Origin: Psilocybe cubensis
Lineage: Eukaryota
DNA length: 64,000 nt
Direction of reading: 5' to 3'
Assembly: GCA_017499595.2 (NCBI GenBank)
Contig: CM039002.1
Location: forward strand, 310,001 to 374,000
Part shown: in pieces, positions 1 to 11,425 of the stretch
How positions within the stretch are numbered: the first letter of the stretch is position 1
How the letters are laid out: every line of letters starts with the position of its first letter
Notes under the pieces: model-generated
What the model saw: only the letters and a program-made list of their open reading frames with translations
Told to the model about the DNA's origin: nothing
Database searches by the model: none
Translations under genes and position numbers: made by a program

Positions 1-1323
1 ATTCGGTGTAGTGGTGGTCCTTCGCTCTGAGAAAGATGGGTTCAAGCCGGGCGACTATCTATACGGATTAACGGTCTGGGAGGCATACACCGTGCAGCCC
101 TACATCGATGGTAGGCAATTCATCTTCCCCTTTTCACAACATACCGAAATCGCCGAGCTAATTTAACCCACCAAATCTAGGGCGCGTCAACTTCAAAGCA
201 GAAGAATGGTCCCCCGGCACATTCGACATGGACTCTCTTGCCCTGCAAGTCGTCCCGAATCCAAACGGTCTCTACCCATTATCGAAGTACACCAGCATTA
301 TGGGAACGCCAGGGCTGACTGCGTTTGTCGGTATGGAGGGCATCATTGATGGAAAAGAGGTAAGCGTCGCGTATCCACTTATCACTCTCAAGCTTAAATG
401 AGTGTTAGGGAGAAACGCTGTTCGTGTCGTCGGGAGCATCTGCAGTGGGAAGGTGAGTCGGCGTTACGTCAGAACGCGTTGTCATCCCCGTCCCCGAGGT
501 ACCATCAGAAGTTCTTACACAATTGTACGGCAGTATGGTAATTCAACTCGCGAAGCTCAAGGGGTAAGTTACCACTTGTCGTAAATTTCAAACACTGATC
601 GCACGTTGAAACAGGATGAAAGTTATTGCCTCTGCGGGCTCGGACGCAAAGGTGGAGTACATGCGCTCCCTGGGAGCGGACTTGCCCTTCAACTACAAGA
701 AAGTCAGCTATGCTGAGTTTCTCAAGAAACACGGTCCTATCAATAAGTTCTGGGTACGTTGCAACCCTCCGAACCGTGTTTCTTGAATTTGAGGGCTCAC
801 GTATGCGTCGCTGTCAGGACAATGTCGGCGCGGAAGCGCTGGACGCCGCGCTGGAGTCAATCACTTCCTACGGAAAGATGGCAGTATGTGCCAAAGTTTT
901 CCAAAATCTTTGCTTCGGTTGACAAGTGCCACTTTGCTTTCTCTTCTGTTTATAGATCTGCGGTACATCAGGCACAGATGCGACACCGCCTAATGAACAT
1001 TACCGTTTGAAGGTGCGCGCTATCTTACACGTATCCTTAACATCAATATCTGAAATGATATTCAACCCACACCATTTGTATAGAACGCATACCTGATCAT
1101 GAAAAAATGCATCAACATTCGTGGCTTCATTGTCCCGGACCTCATCCCCCAATTCATTGGGAAGTTTTTCGAGACCGTTCCCGCCCTCATGGCTCAAGGC
1201 AAGCTGCGCAGTGAGGAGACGGAGTACGATGGAATCGAGAGTGCACCACAAGCGTTTATCGACACCTTGTCTAGCGGTCATCAAAAAGCTGGAACTCTTG
1301 TCGTTGTAGTTGCGCGAGACTAA
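1..1323 (+). CDS. NADP-dependent MDR-family oxidoreductase (PTGR/2-alkenal reductase-like), 5' end outside window, multi-exon
   Basis: Spliced exons read ...FKPGDYLYG...MGTPGLTAFVGM...GETLFVSSGASAVG...QLAKLKG.KVIASAGSDAKVEYMRSLGAD..FNYKK...DNVGAEALDAALE...GIESAPQAFIDTLSSG; stop TAA 1321-1323. Confidence 0.85.
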
Positions 1324-1443
1324 ACGACAGAGAAATGTATGCCCGAATAACGGTATGCTTAGTGTGGAATGTAAGATATATTAAAAGAATGTGTTTTTAT
1401 ATACAATTATCTTAAGTTAAACCTGCCCGCGGTGAATCGAAGA

Positions 1444-2769
1444 TTAAGATGATCCCTCCTTAGACTTGGCCTCCATTTGATATGCGTCCAAATTTTCCTC
1501 GTCGCCTTCTGTGATGACGCTAACCTGGAACGTTCTTGCAACGGGCCTGACGGTACCGCCAGCAGTTCGGATATGATTATTTGGCAAGGGAATAACGTCC
1601 ATGGACGCAGAATGCATCTTGAGGCGTATGGTGATTGCATTAAATGTGATGGCCTTGGATAGCATCTTCAGTTAGAAACACAGACGCTATTAGAAAGAAG
1701 GACTCAGCCTGGACGTACCACAATCGGGGTTATGCACTCCAGCATAATGTACTGAGCGTTCATCTTGGTAACATACAAAATCAAAACGATGATTTCGCAT
1801 GGAAGCTGCAGTGCACCCGAGTCAATGAGCAGACGAGCGATTGGCACTGTCTTCCGATCCCCAAGTCTATAGCTTGGGGATTCCTTGTACGTGGTCCATA
1901 TCCGGTATACCAAGAGACCAGTTGTGATCGAGTTTAACACTACTGCAATAGAATATAATGCCTTTATCCACTGTGTGATGTGCCCATTGAAGATGGAGGC
2001 AGAGGGATCCACGGACGGATATGTGCCGCACAGGATGTAGCCCACAGCTATGTTGCTTTTAGTAAACTAGCACACCAAAAAACATAAAGTTTCATCGTAC
2101 CAGTATTGGTCAGAAGCATCATTGTCGGAAATACTATGATCTTCCAATCCCGATTCCACATAATCCAACACCTATAAATCTTCCAATGCAAAGCTCAAAT
2201 CACAATACAAGAAAATTGAGGTAAAAAGCAATCATACCAGTGCCGCGCTCCCTAAATTAACCTGGGTCGCATACAGCGCATCCTGTAAGACATGCTTCCA
2301 GCTCCTCAAGTCGCCTATGTAGCTTGCTGGACCTGCAATCGTAAACAGCTCGTCCGAGAAGCCATGCACGAGTCGGATGGCACCCAACATGACGTGGAAT
2401 GTAGCTATGAAGAACATGACAGACGAGACTGTGATCATCACCTGAAAATAACAAAGTAGGTTAGAAAATACGATTTCTGGAGGTAAATATGATACCCACT
2501 GTTGTAGACCGTTCGCGTTTGGATCCGATTTTGCTGTAATCAGAGGAAAAGTGAAGATACAGCGTCCCGCCGAAAATACAGAATAAAAAGCCTGTTGACT
2601 CGTAGACTCTTCAGTCTAAGAATCATGTGGCAAGGGGGCCTATGCGTACCATAGAAGATGCTCTGAATCCCGGATTATAGGTTAATTTGATATTAAAGGG
2701 GCAAAGTATTCATACCTCTATCCATGTAGCCAGAAGAAAGGTTTTTTCAAGCGAAAATTGGGCGCCCAT
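1444..2769 (-). CDS. Multi-pass (about 7TM) membrane protein, Agaricomycete-expanded hypothetical family
   Basis: ATG 2769 (MGAQFSLEKTFLLATWIE). Hydrophobic exons match ORFs 2232-2441 and 1704-2045; IYRCWIMW and LLIDSGAL motifs; polar C-tail ending at 1444. Confidence 0.75.
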
Positions 2770-3259
2770 CCTCGGCTGTAGTTGGCTGGGATCGACAGAG
2801 AAAGAGAGCAATAGGTGAAATGTCTAACCTCGAAGCCACACTATATATGACGTCTATTTGGATAAAAGTCAAAATGTTACATACATGGACCTGCCGGACC
2901 CGCATCATAAAAAGTACGCGTAGATTACAAAGCATTGCAAACCCAATAAAATATTTTTTTCTTCGAAATTCTTGCACTGCGTTACAACGCTCTTGAAATG
3001 TTGTAAGAAACCGGAAATATTGCAGCATGAATAAATTAATTTGAGGTTTACAATATTTCTGGGTATTGCAATCGTAATGCCTTTTGGAGCACACAAAAAT
3101 CATAATGAAAAATAGATTATTTATTCATAAAAATAGTACAACTATATAAGACACATTGAACTTGTTTTAGTGGGCCACCGCGGAGCGTGGCATGACGAGT
3201 CTTTGCGATTCAGCGTCACGCTTTGTAATAATATAATATATATATAATATAATATAAAT

Positions 3260-4234
3260 ATGTCCAACTTTGATGTGGATATCGGTGCAATGGACGAAGT
3301 GATATTCAGACTCCAAGGCATAGTTAGCGACAAGATGCTACCACCAATGGCAAAGCCTGCTTCGTACGTCCACTCTATTGAGGTGAATTAATTACAAATG
3401 AGGACTGTTACAGCCACGACAGAACGGTCAAGCAACAACCATATTTACGTACTGCCATTGCTATCACAGGACTCGGAGACATTGTGTTCAATAAGGTGAT
3501 GGAAAAGCTAGAAGAAGTTTTCCTCCGTTTTGCAAACAATTTTCCCGCGGACAGCGTCAGCGGCTATGACCCAGTTCTTCACAAAGACACAGGTTTCAAT
3601 GTTTTCCATGCGCATAGCCAATATTTCACGAAGGTATCCGCATATCAAGACAAATCTGACAACATAGGTTTTCATCCCCTGGTCGACCCTGATAACGTGT
3701 TGGCGTCTATGGTAGGGGACAGTTTCATCCACGCAATCGATAACAAGGTACAGTTTCTTCGTCGGGAGATACTTCCTGACGGAACAGCCAGGTATGTTTA
3801 GAAAATACCAACAACACATCACAACCAAACTAATATCATGTTGCAACAGATATTATTCTTATAATCCTGCCTCCATACAAATTGGAGACATTGTCGAGAT
3901 CAGTGTTGCCTTTGTCGCATTTCCTGCCCAAGGAAACAAGTACAAATTTGTTGTCACTCTTCGTGGAATACTTGTCTTGGACCAGGAGGCAAGAGAGGTA
4001 AGCAATGTTACATTGAACAGTCTCATAGCCATTCATAACTTCCAACAGAAAGCTGATATTCTCAGAATGCGGTCGCGCTATACTCCAGCGAAAAGACAGG
4101 TTGCTGTTTTGTGTAGGACAAAGAGGCAGCTGTACAAAGGTCAGATTGACATTGAAGACACGCAACAGAGGATGGCACGTATGCGCTTAAATGAGGACAC
4201 AGTCTACAATAGCAATACTATGTCCCAAGATTAA
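3260..4234 (+). CDS. Hypothetical protein of about 270 aa, 4 exons, possible OB-fold/ssDNA-binding-like, element-associated family
   Basis: Clean GT-AG introns 3364-3413, 3792-3849 and 3998-4048 join one open frame: MSNFDVDIGAMDEVIFRLQGIV...AITGLG...SQYFT...VDPDNVL...HAIDNKVQF...IQIGDIVEISVAFVAF...KFVVTLRGILVLD. The fold call is inference. Confidence 0.7.
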
Positions 4235-4379
4235 TACATATGTACATAGAAAGACAAGGATATCATAAATGTGCTGAACGAACAATCAATCCATTTGCGT
4301 GAACATTGTAAATAACAAGAAATAATTTGTCAAGTCATTTTCATGACAGAAATTATCTGAAGGTGTTAGTTGGCACCCC

Positions 4380-4628
4380 ATGGGAGAATCCTGCGTACAC
4401 TGTACGCAGAATATTCCCACACTCGGCTGAATATTGGCGAGGAAGTCCGTGGGAGAATTCTGCGTACACTATACGCAGAATATTCCCACACTCGGCTGAA
4501 TATCGGCGAGGAAGTCCGTGGGAGAATTCTGCGTACACTGTACGCAGAATATTCCCACACTCGGCTGAATATCGGGAGAGGTTGACCGTGGGAATATTCT
4601 GCGTACACTGTACACAGGATATTCCCAC
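4380..4628. repeat. Tandem array of four 41-bp imperfect palindromes (period 69/69/70 bp)
   Basis: GTGGGA(G/A)(A/T)ATTCTGCGTACA-C-TGTACGCAGAATATTCCCAC at 4380, 4449, 4518 and 4588, separated by a near-constant linker of about 28 bp (ACTCGGCTGAATATCGGCGAGGAAGTCC). Confidence 0.95.
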
Positions 4629-4709
4629 GCTCATCCGCAAGTCAAACTTACAAATTAAGACAAAAAGAATGAGGACGAGAACACAAGTTTATTTCGAACA
4701 AAAATTTGA

Positions 4710-7560
4710 CTAAGGATGGAAGAAATTACAAATATCCATTCCACAAGAGGCTTTGTGGTTGAGGGCAATGCAACCAAAAAATATCTGCCTTTCTGGATAG
4801 CAAATACAAAACAGTTGCATATACACGGTCATCTTTTTGCCTACATTACAGGAATTAAATTGACAAATACTAAAACTAAAGAGCACACACCTTATACCCC
4901 TTTCCCAGGATTTGATAGCTTTTTTGACACGCTTGTGTAATTGGTAAACATCTGCCGCTGTGTAGTGAAAATCTAATGCGATACCGCTGATGCGACGGAC
5001 ACCAAAATGCAAACAATCAAATTCATTGAGCAACAATGCCCACGAATTGGCTTCAACAAAGGAAGTCTGATTTGCTTTGGGTAAAAGAGGCAAAGAATAA
5101 ACCCAACAATGCCTGTCGCCAACCCGTCTAATCCCAGGAGAGAACAACTCTGGATAAGGATCGTAATCCAGCACAACGAAAACATGACCACGAGATGAAC
5201 TATACCCAACATTTACATTGCCCCTGATAGACTGTATCCTGCTTTGGATATGGCGGTCCATTTTCAAAGTTTGCGATGGAATGGAAAGAACAAATTTCAA
5301 GCCACGGAAATGATATTTTGCAAGAAATTTTTGCGCGCTTGAGGTCGGCAGAAGGTTGCAACAGAGAGACTTGATGTCCAAAGGTAGCATTTGGATACAA
5401 GCTGTACACCTTCTCAAAGGTAACAAAATTCATGACGCCGGCTGCAGTAGAACAAAATTGAAGTTAATATTGTTTTGACACATGACATTGGGGACATACT
5501 GCTATGATACCCCAAAATGCACTCTACCACCGATTGACAAGTCGTAATCAGTTGGACAAAAGAACCTTGGCACCATAGGTTAACGACCACTCCAGTGGTA
5601 TTGTAATGTCGATGAAGAGGATGTTTATCTGTGCTCGACATACATGTCTATGTCACCCGGAATCCATATATTAGCACGATTGATTACGAAACTTTATGTA
5701 AGTAAAGCAAGTTCTTTTATCCCCACAACCCACTGTACAAAAATATGTCCTTGCCAATTGTCCCCATCAGTAAATCATTGATGCCATCAAAATTGCGTGA
5801 TTAATACCGGTTTTTTACTTAACCGGTATGCTTGACTTAATAATCGGTTACTATCATAGAATTTCTGTTAGTTTTTGTTCCTACCAAGGGGATATGGAAA
5901 TTAAAATACTAGATATTAGCTAGGTAGATAGGTTAGCTGCCATATGGTAGAAAACAAAATTAGATACCATTACATTATGACTTTTTAATTGCAAGTTAAA
6001 CATTTTGACGCAGATAATCATTGCTCATAACCAAAAATTTTATAATAATGACCTCATTCAACTGATTTAAGGCCATTAATTAGTCACAATCAATTACATA
6101 CCAACTGTTTTGCATGCTTTATACACCTCTAACGGCAAGTAGAGGTAAATAGAATGCTTTATTGTTATCAAAAAAAATTTAGCATGAATGACTAGCAGAC
6201 TGTGGTGGCATAGAATAAAGAATAATAAACATTATGTATCTAGCTATTATCTTTAATGCCACTTCAAATAACTTGTCATATTAAACTTGTTGTGCTGTTC
6301 ATACTGGCCATGAATTAATAAGCAGACTGTGGGAATAACTTGCATATAGTGTATGCAAGTTATTCTCATGGTTGCCGCACTTTGCATTGAGCAACTTGAA
6401 CTTCTCTGGTAATTCCTGATATATTACTGAGATGCATTGCATATACTTTAGGTAAAATACAAGTATTTTTGGCAATAATAATTATTTTCAGTCCTAGTTT
6501 AGATGATCTTATTATATTTTACTTGCTGTGGTGTTTGTACTGGCCGTGAATTAATAAGCAGGTCGTGGGAATATCCTGCGCACACTGTACGCAGGATATT
6601 CCCACGGTCACTACACTCAATTTGCATTGAGCACTGGCCACTTTGGTCAAGAGATGGTCATTTTGAATAATGTTTTCCATGCATTGAATGTATTTTGGGG
6701 AAGAAATAATGCACTAACACTTGCAAATTATGCTTGAAATATGTTTCCACACAGCCAATTGTGTTCACAGCAACATCAAACTATGCCAAAAAGAAATATG
6801 CGCACCAAACAAATGTTTTTGCACACAATATTGTTTCACTCTTGATGCACTTTTCAAAAATAAGAAAATTATATTTATGGGAAATATGTCCCCACTTGGG
6901 CAGCCATACACATGAGCATTCTTCCATCAGTTTTCCATACGGGATTCTCCCAGCAGATCTGGAATTCTTCAATATTTAGCAGGTATGAAAATTATAATAG
7001 ACAAGTTCTTCCTTATAATTAGGCCTTATAACCTGTGCAGCTATTTTTTGTGTCTGACACAACTAAGCTTGTAGTAGACCTAAGTCATAGTAATTAATCA
7101 TAACCTTGCCCAGTATCTGGCTGTGCATTCAGAACATATTAATATATATTAACTATGTTATATAAATCTAGATTAAAAAATATTTTATACAATTGTGAGA
7201 TGTACAGTCTTGTCATGCCACGCTTTGCGTTGGACCACTAAAACAAGTAAAATGCAAAACGGTGGAACCTGAAATAACCAGGCCAGTCTTGAACTGGAGA
7301 AGACGAAACAGCAAATGTTCATTGGGTTTGAAGATAGGAGCAAATAAATTTTTGGGACGGAAGGCGCGGCGCATATAGCCCGAAACGCGGTCGTTTAGCT
7401 CCTTGCAAGTCCAAGAAAAACGGTAGAGGGTTTTCAGATCCATCTGATCCATGTACACATCGTCCATGGGAGGCGGAAAGACTCTAAAAAATAAGTAATA
7501 ACCAAATGAGATAAAACAGTGAACATACTGTTGGAAACGGGGGGATAACGCGGAATCCAT
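4710..7560 (-). pseudogene. Split and frameshifted F-box plus nucleotidyltransferase-like gene
   Basis: 5' part 7213-7560 is F-box-like (MDLKTLYRFSWTCKEL), then LQFKTGLVISGSTVLHF, truncated. 3' part about 4710-5640 reads VQLITTCQSVVECILGYHS..VMNFVTFEKVYSLYPNATF, frameshift near 5335, then KFLAKYHFRG...RRVGDRHCW. About 1.6 kb of non-coding DNA lies between the halves. Confidence 0.6.
6295..6635. repeat. Two diverged direct repeats of about 100 bp (period 236), each holding a further copy of the 41-bp palindrome
   Basis: TACTGGCC(A/G)TGAATTAATAAGCAG..GTGGGAATA...palindrome...TTTGCATTGAGCA; palindromes at 6329-6369 and 6565-6605. Confidence 0.85.
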
Positions 7561-9910
7561 GGGTAAAACAGTGCAGAGAAAAGTGCATTGTCTATACTAC
7601 GTCAATAAATATATTAACCGTAAGCCGATAGACGCCCGACGTAGGGGAAGAACAAATTGGTATGCGTGAGAAACAATCATGAATCAGAAAATCAAATTCA
7701 AATAGTACAGAACGCCCAGAACCCAAGAATGCGTAATTATTTCTATTTGAACTCTGATTGATGAAGCTACCGATATCAAGGAACGTGTGTGCCTGCACAG
7801 TTCTATTTCCAACCTTTCAGACCCATAGTTCAAAGAGTGCATTTGTTCCATCTCTAAGTATTAGTACAATATATAAGCATGTTGGCTAGACGGTTCCACA
7901 TGGTTTTAAAAATTAAACAACAACGCAAAAAAGTGAATTGAGTAGGACTATTGTTGTTGGGTATAATTAATTTTATGGAAACGCACATTCACATTGCGAT
8001 CAAAACAAATCAAAAACAACCTTTAAAGTAACCAATGGTAAAAGAAGTCGTAGAATGAATTGGAAAGGGGTTGCTTAGGGGGTCCGGTGACCGCTTAAGG
8101 AAAATACCGATAGCGGTAACGACATTGATCGCATCAATAATATTTTGATGGGGACAATTGGCGAGGACATTTTTGCTCGCTGGGTTGTGGGGATAAAAGA
8201 ACTCATCTTTACTTACGTAAAGACTCGTAACCCGCTTTATTCATAAAAATAGTACAACTATATAAGACACATTGAACCCGCATGCTAGCGCGCACGGCTC
8301 CGGACCCTCAACACCAAAACAGAACCTGAAGTTGACAATTCCCACACTCAATGACACAAAGTAGGCATGAATGGTGAAGACACACGGGAAAAGGCAGCTT
8401 CAAGCATTCGGAACAGCTGAAGTGGTACGGGAAATGGTGGACCAAAATATATGCATCAAAAAATGAATCAAAAACCAATAAAAAGCGCATATACTTACAT
8501 GTACATGCTTTCAAGTCTGTATCCAAGTGTCTGGTTGTTTGGGACCTTTCACAAGTAATGTTAGTAGTGTAAAGCACACTAAATAGAGACTAAAATACTG
8601 ACCCTTCATCCAAGTGTTCAAGATAGTTGGTCCTAGTATGTGGTGAGTACTGATGAGCACCGAGTGAGAATTATCTATTACTCACCAAAAAAGTATAATC
8701 TACTAACTTGTTTTGGTTAAAGGAAGATGTGTATGATGTTAGTTCGAGGAGGAGACATTAATTTACAAAGATGAATACACGTACCTTGCCCCCATGTATA
8801 TCCGTGGGCAGAGGATTGTGGTGGTTAGAAAAAAGCAAACAAAGTGGACGTGATTTGCTTGCAGCGGGACTTCAAGTGAGTTCAGGCTCCGCTTGATTTG
8901 ATTTTGGAGCTCCGATATCTGCTGATTTTGTTTGACCGTGCACGCACACTAGTCCGATATTGCATGCGCTTTCAATGTACACACATAACATGTCCCTACT
9001 ACTATACTCAAATGAATAAAAATTTAAATTGAATAATTATGACCACTTTCTAACCTAATAAAACTATTGCTTGACATTGTAAACCGGGCCCCAAAAATTG
9101 GGTGGATTTGTAAGACTAAAAAATTATTGTATTGGTTTACATTGTATTGTAATCTACTGACTATTTAGTTGATGCGAATGAATGTGGATTTACTTTACCT
9201 CCATGGGCCTGTTCGCACTCTTACTTCTTCCAGTTGACAGCCTAGTAAGTAGCAGGGCAAGCGAAATGTTATGGCATCGGTGGAGTAGATATGAAACGCG
9301 TTGAAGCATTGCGTTGTCGCCGGTGGTTGTCCCTCTGCAAATCATCTGTAACGACGGGACAGTATGTGCCTGGAAATCTACTCACCTGGCGGCAAATCTG
9401 AAATAGCCTGAGATCATTACTCTTTATGACCATTTAAGACTGTGACAAACCATGAGTCAGATGGCCCATTCCTGAAAAAGCGAACAAGGATTGACAATGG
9501 GGAGAGCAGACGTTTGACGTTTAGGAAAAGATCGAACTACTAGGTTTTGTCGCGCCATCAATTTCATTCAATGCGTGGGGATTTATAACCGATTTGGCTG
9601 TTTAATCATTAATGGAGCCCATTGCCGTAATTTGCTGATATGCCGAAGCTGCCGATATGCTTTTGCGGCCGGAGCACTATCCTTCAACGCCACTCAAGCT
9701 GGTAGTCTGTAGAACCCTTGCCAGTGAGTGCCACTACACTCTCATTTGCTTCTTTAAATAAACTATATTCGTAACCCATACAAACACAATTCAATGTAAA
9801 TCATTTTCCGAGAAAGCAACCCCTCTCGAAGTGGCTACGTGACTGAGACGGCACGCACTTACAAGTTATTACTGCTTGTCAAATACTCTCACTAAATATG
9901 ACACAGATTG

Positions 9911-10306
9911 CAGCTACTTTCATATCGATAGACCTAAAATGAAAATATACACATACAGGCGGACTTTGAACCTGTTGTAAGCGAGTCATTTCGGCTATGT
10001 TTCTATTTTGAGCTGATTTTGAACAGTGGCACGATCTTCAACGATGCGTCGACATATTGCCAAAGTCGAGAAAGAAATGGCCTTAAAACTTCACAAAACC
10101 TAACACCATAGCATCACCCTATAATCTACTCTGAAAAAATTATATCTTCCCCTAAATTTTTACGTGTTGTGTTCTATATATATGCCCGCCGAATATCTTG
10201 GCATATTGCCGGACTCACATCCAAGCTCCGCCCATTGAAATTTCAATTTCCGACGTCCGTGTATGTGTAAATTTTGACATTAGGCCTATCAATATGAAAG
10301 TAGCTA
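9911..10306. mobile_element. MITE (Tc1/mariner-like ends), divergent family member
   Basis: Left end CAGCTACTTTCATATCGATAGACCTAA...ACACATAC and right end GTATGTGTAAA...TAGGCCTATCAATATGAAAGTAGCTA followed by TA. Same TIR as the copies at 25870 and 52775, different interior. Confidence 0.8.
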
Positions 10307-11425
10307 TAATATTCAGAATACAGAAAATTATATCATATACTGTTTCCAATGTAGGAGGATTCCATCTCTTAGGAGTGGAGTGGGTATGTTGTCTGCCATG
10401 TTATCTGCCCGGCAGAATAGAAGCACCTTTCTTTTGAGAGTTTTTTGCCTTCAAATATAGGGGTGGGTATGTGGGCAAAAAATATACTCAAGTATGATGA
10501 ATACATATACATACTCCAGTTTTTTTACATTTTGAGTAAGAAGAGGAGAATAAGTAGAATCCGAGTGGATGTTATCTGCCACCTCGATGTTTCAACGCGA
10601 AAATTTTGAAAATTTACCTCTTGATTCACACGATGACTCACAACTTCTGTGTTTGCATTAATGTGTGTATATTTTCAAAAGCCTTGTTTAGAGGTCCCCC
10701 CATCATAACCATTACTTACTGTGACCATCAGCATTTTCCAGCCCAGCAACACAGCCACTCCCTTACCTCGAGGCTGCCTCGAGAAAGGCAGAAATTGGAC
10801 TACAGAGGCATTGCCTCAAGTTTACCTGGAGCCTGTCACAATAATAGTGTATAAGTATCTTTACAACTTTATGCCATAATTGGAACGAACACACCAGAAC
10901 TTACAACTCACAGTCAACTCACAGGCATCCACACAAATGCCAAATTATAAATTCTTAATCAACAAGTCTTCTTATCCCCTCTAACTAAAAAAAACGGAAC
11001 GTCCGCAGCAGTAATCGGACGGGTATCAAATGGACAGAAGCACATGTCGGAATCAGATCTGCGTGCATGACGTCTATTTGTGATCTTCAGAGTCATACTA
11101 CTCCGTTGCCTTTCCTGATGCGTCAGTTAAATCCAGTCTGCACGGAATCTTTTGGATGGAAACAAAGGAGAAGTAATGAGAAGCCTCGGGATTAAGTTTG
11201 GTCTTTGTTATCTCGTACATCTTTTCTGGGCTGAACACACAATGGAATCAGATATGATTTCCTTATTTGAAAATGCGCAAGCTATTACTCCATCGATATC
11301 TCTTTGTCAAGTAGCACTTAAGAAAGCACTACTAAAAAATGCGGGTGGCATTCTACTTCCTTCTGGCGAGCAGACGTATTTCCTCTCTCGAATTCACACT
11401 TAGTCAAAGCCATAGCCTTACAGAA

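Noticed and set aside
4380-4628. CRISPR-like appearance of palindromic repeats with spacers
   Set aside because: The linkers are near-identical rather than unique, there are no cas genes, and the context is eukaryotic.
4327-4713. Repeat-encoded ORFs on both strands (e.g. ENSAYTVRRIFPHSAEY)
   Set aside because: By-product of a 69-bp (multiple of 3) tandem palindrome; no other evidence of coding.
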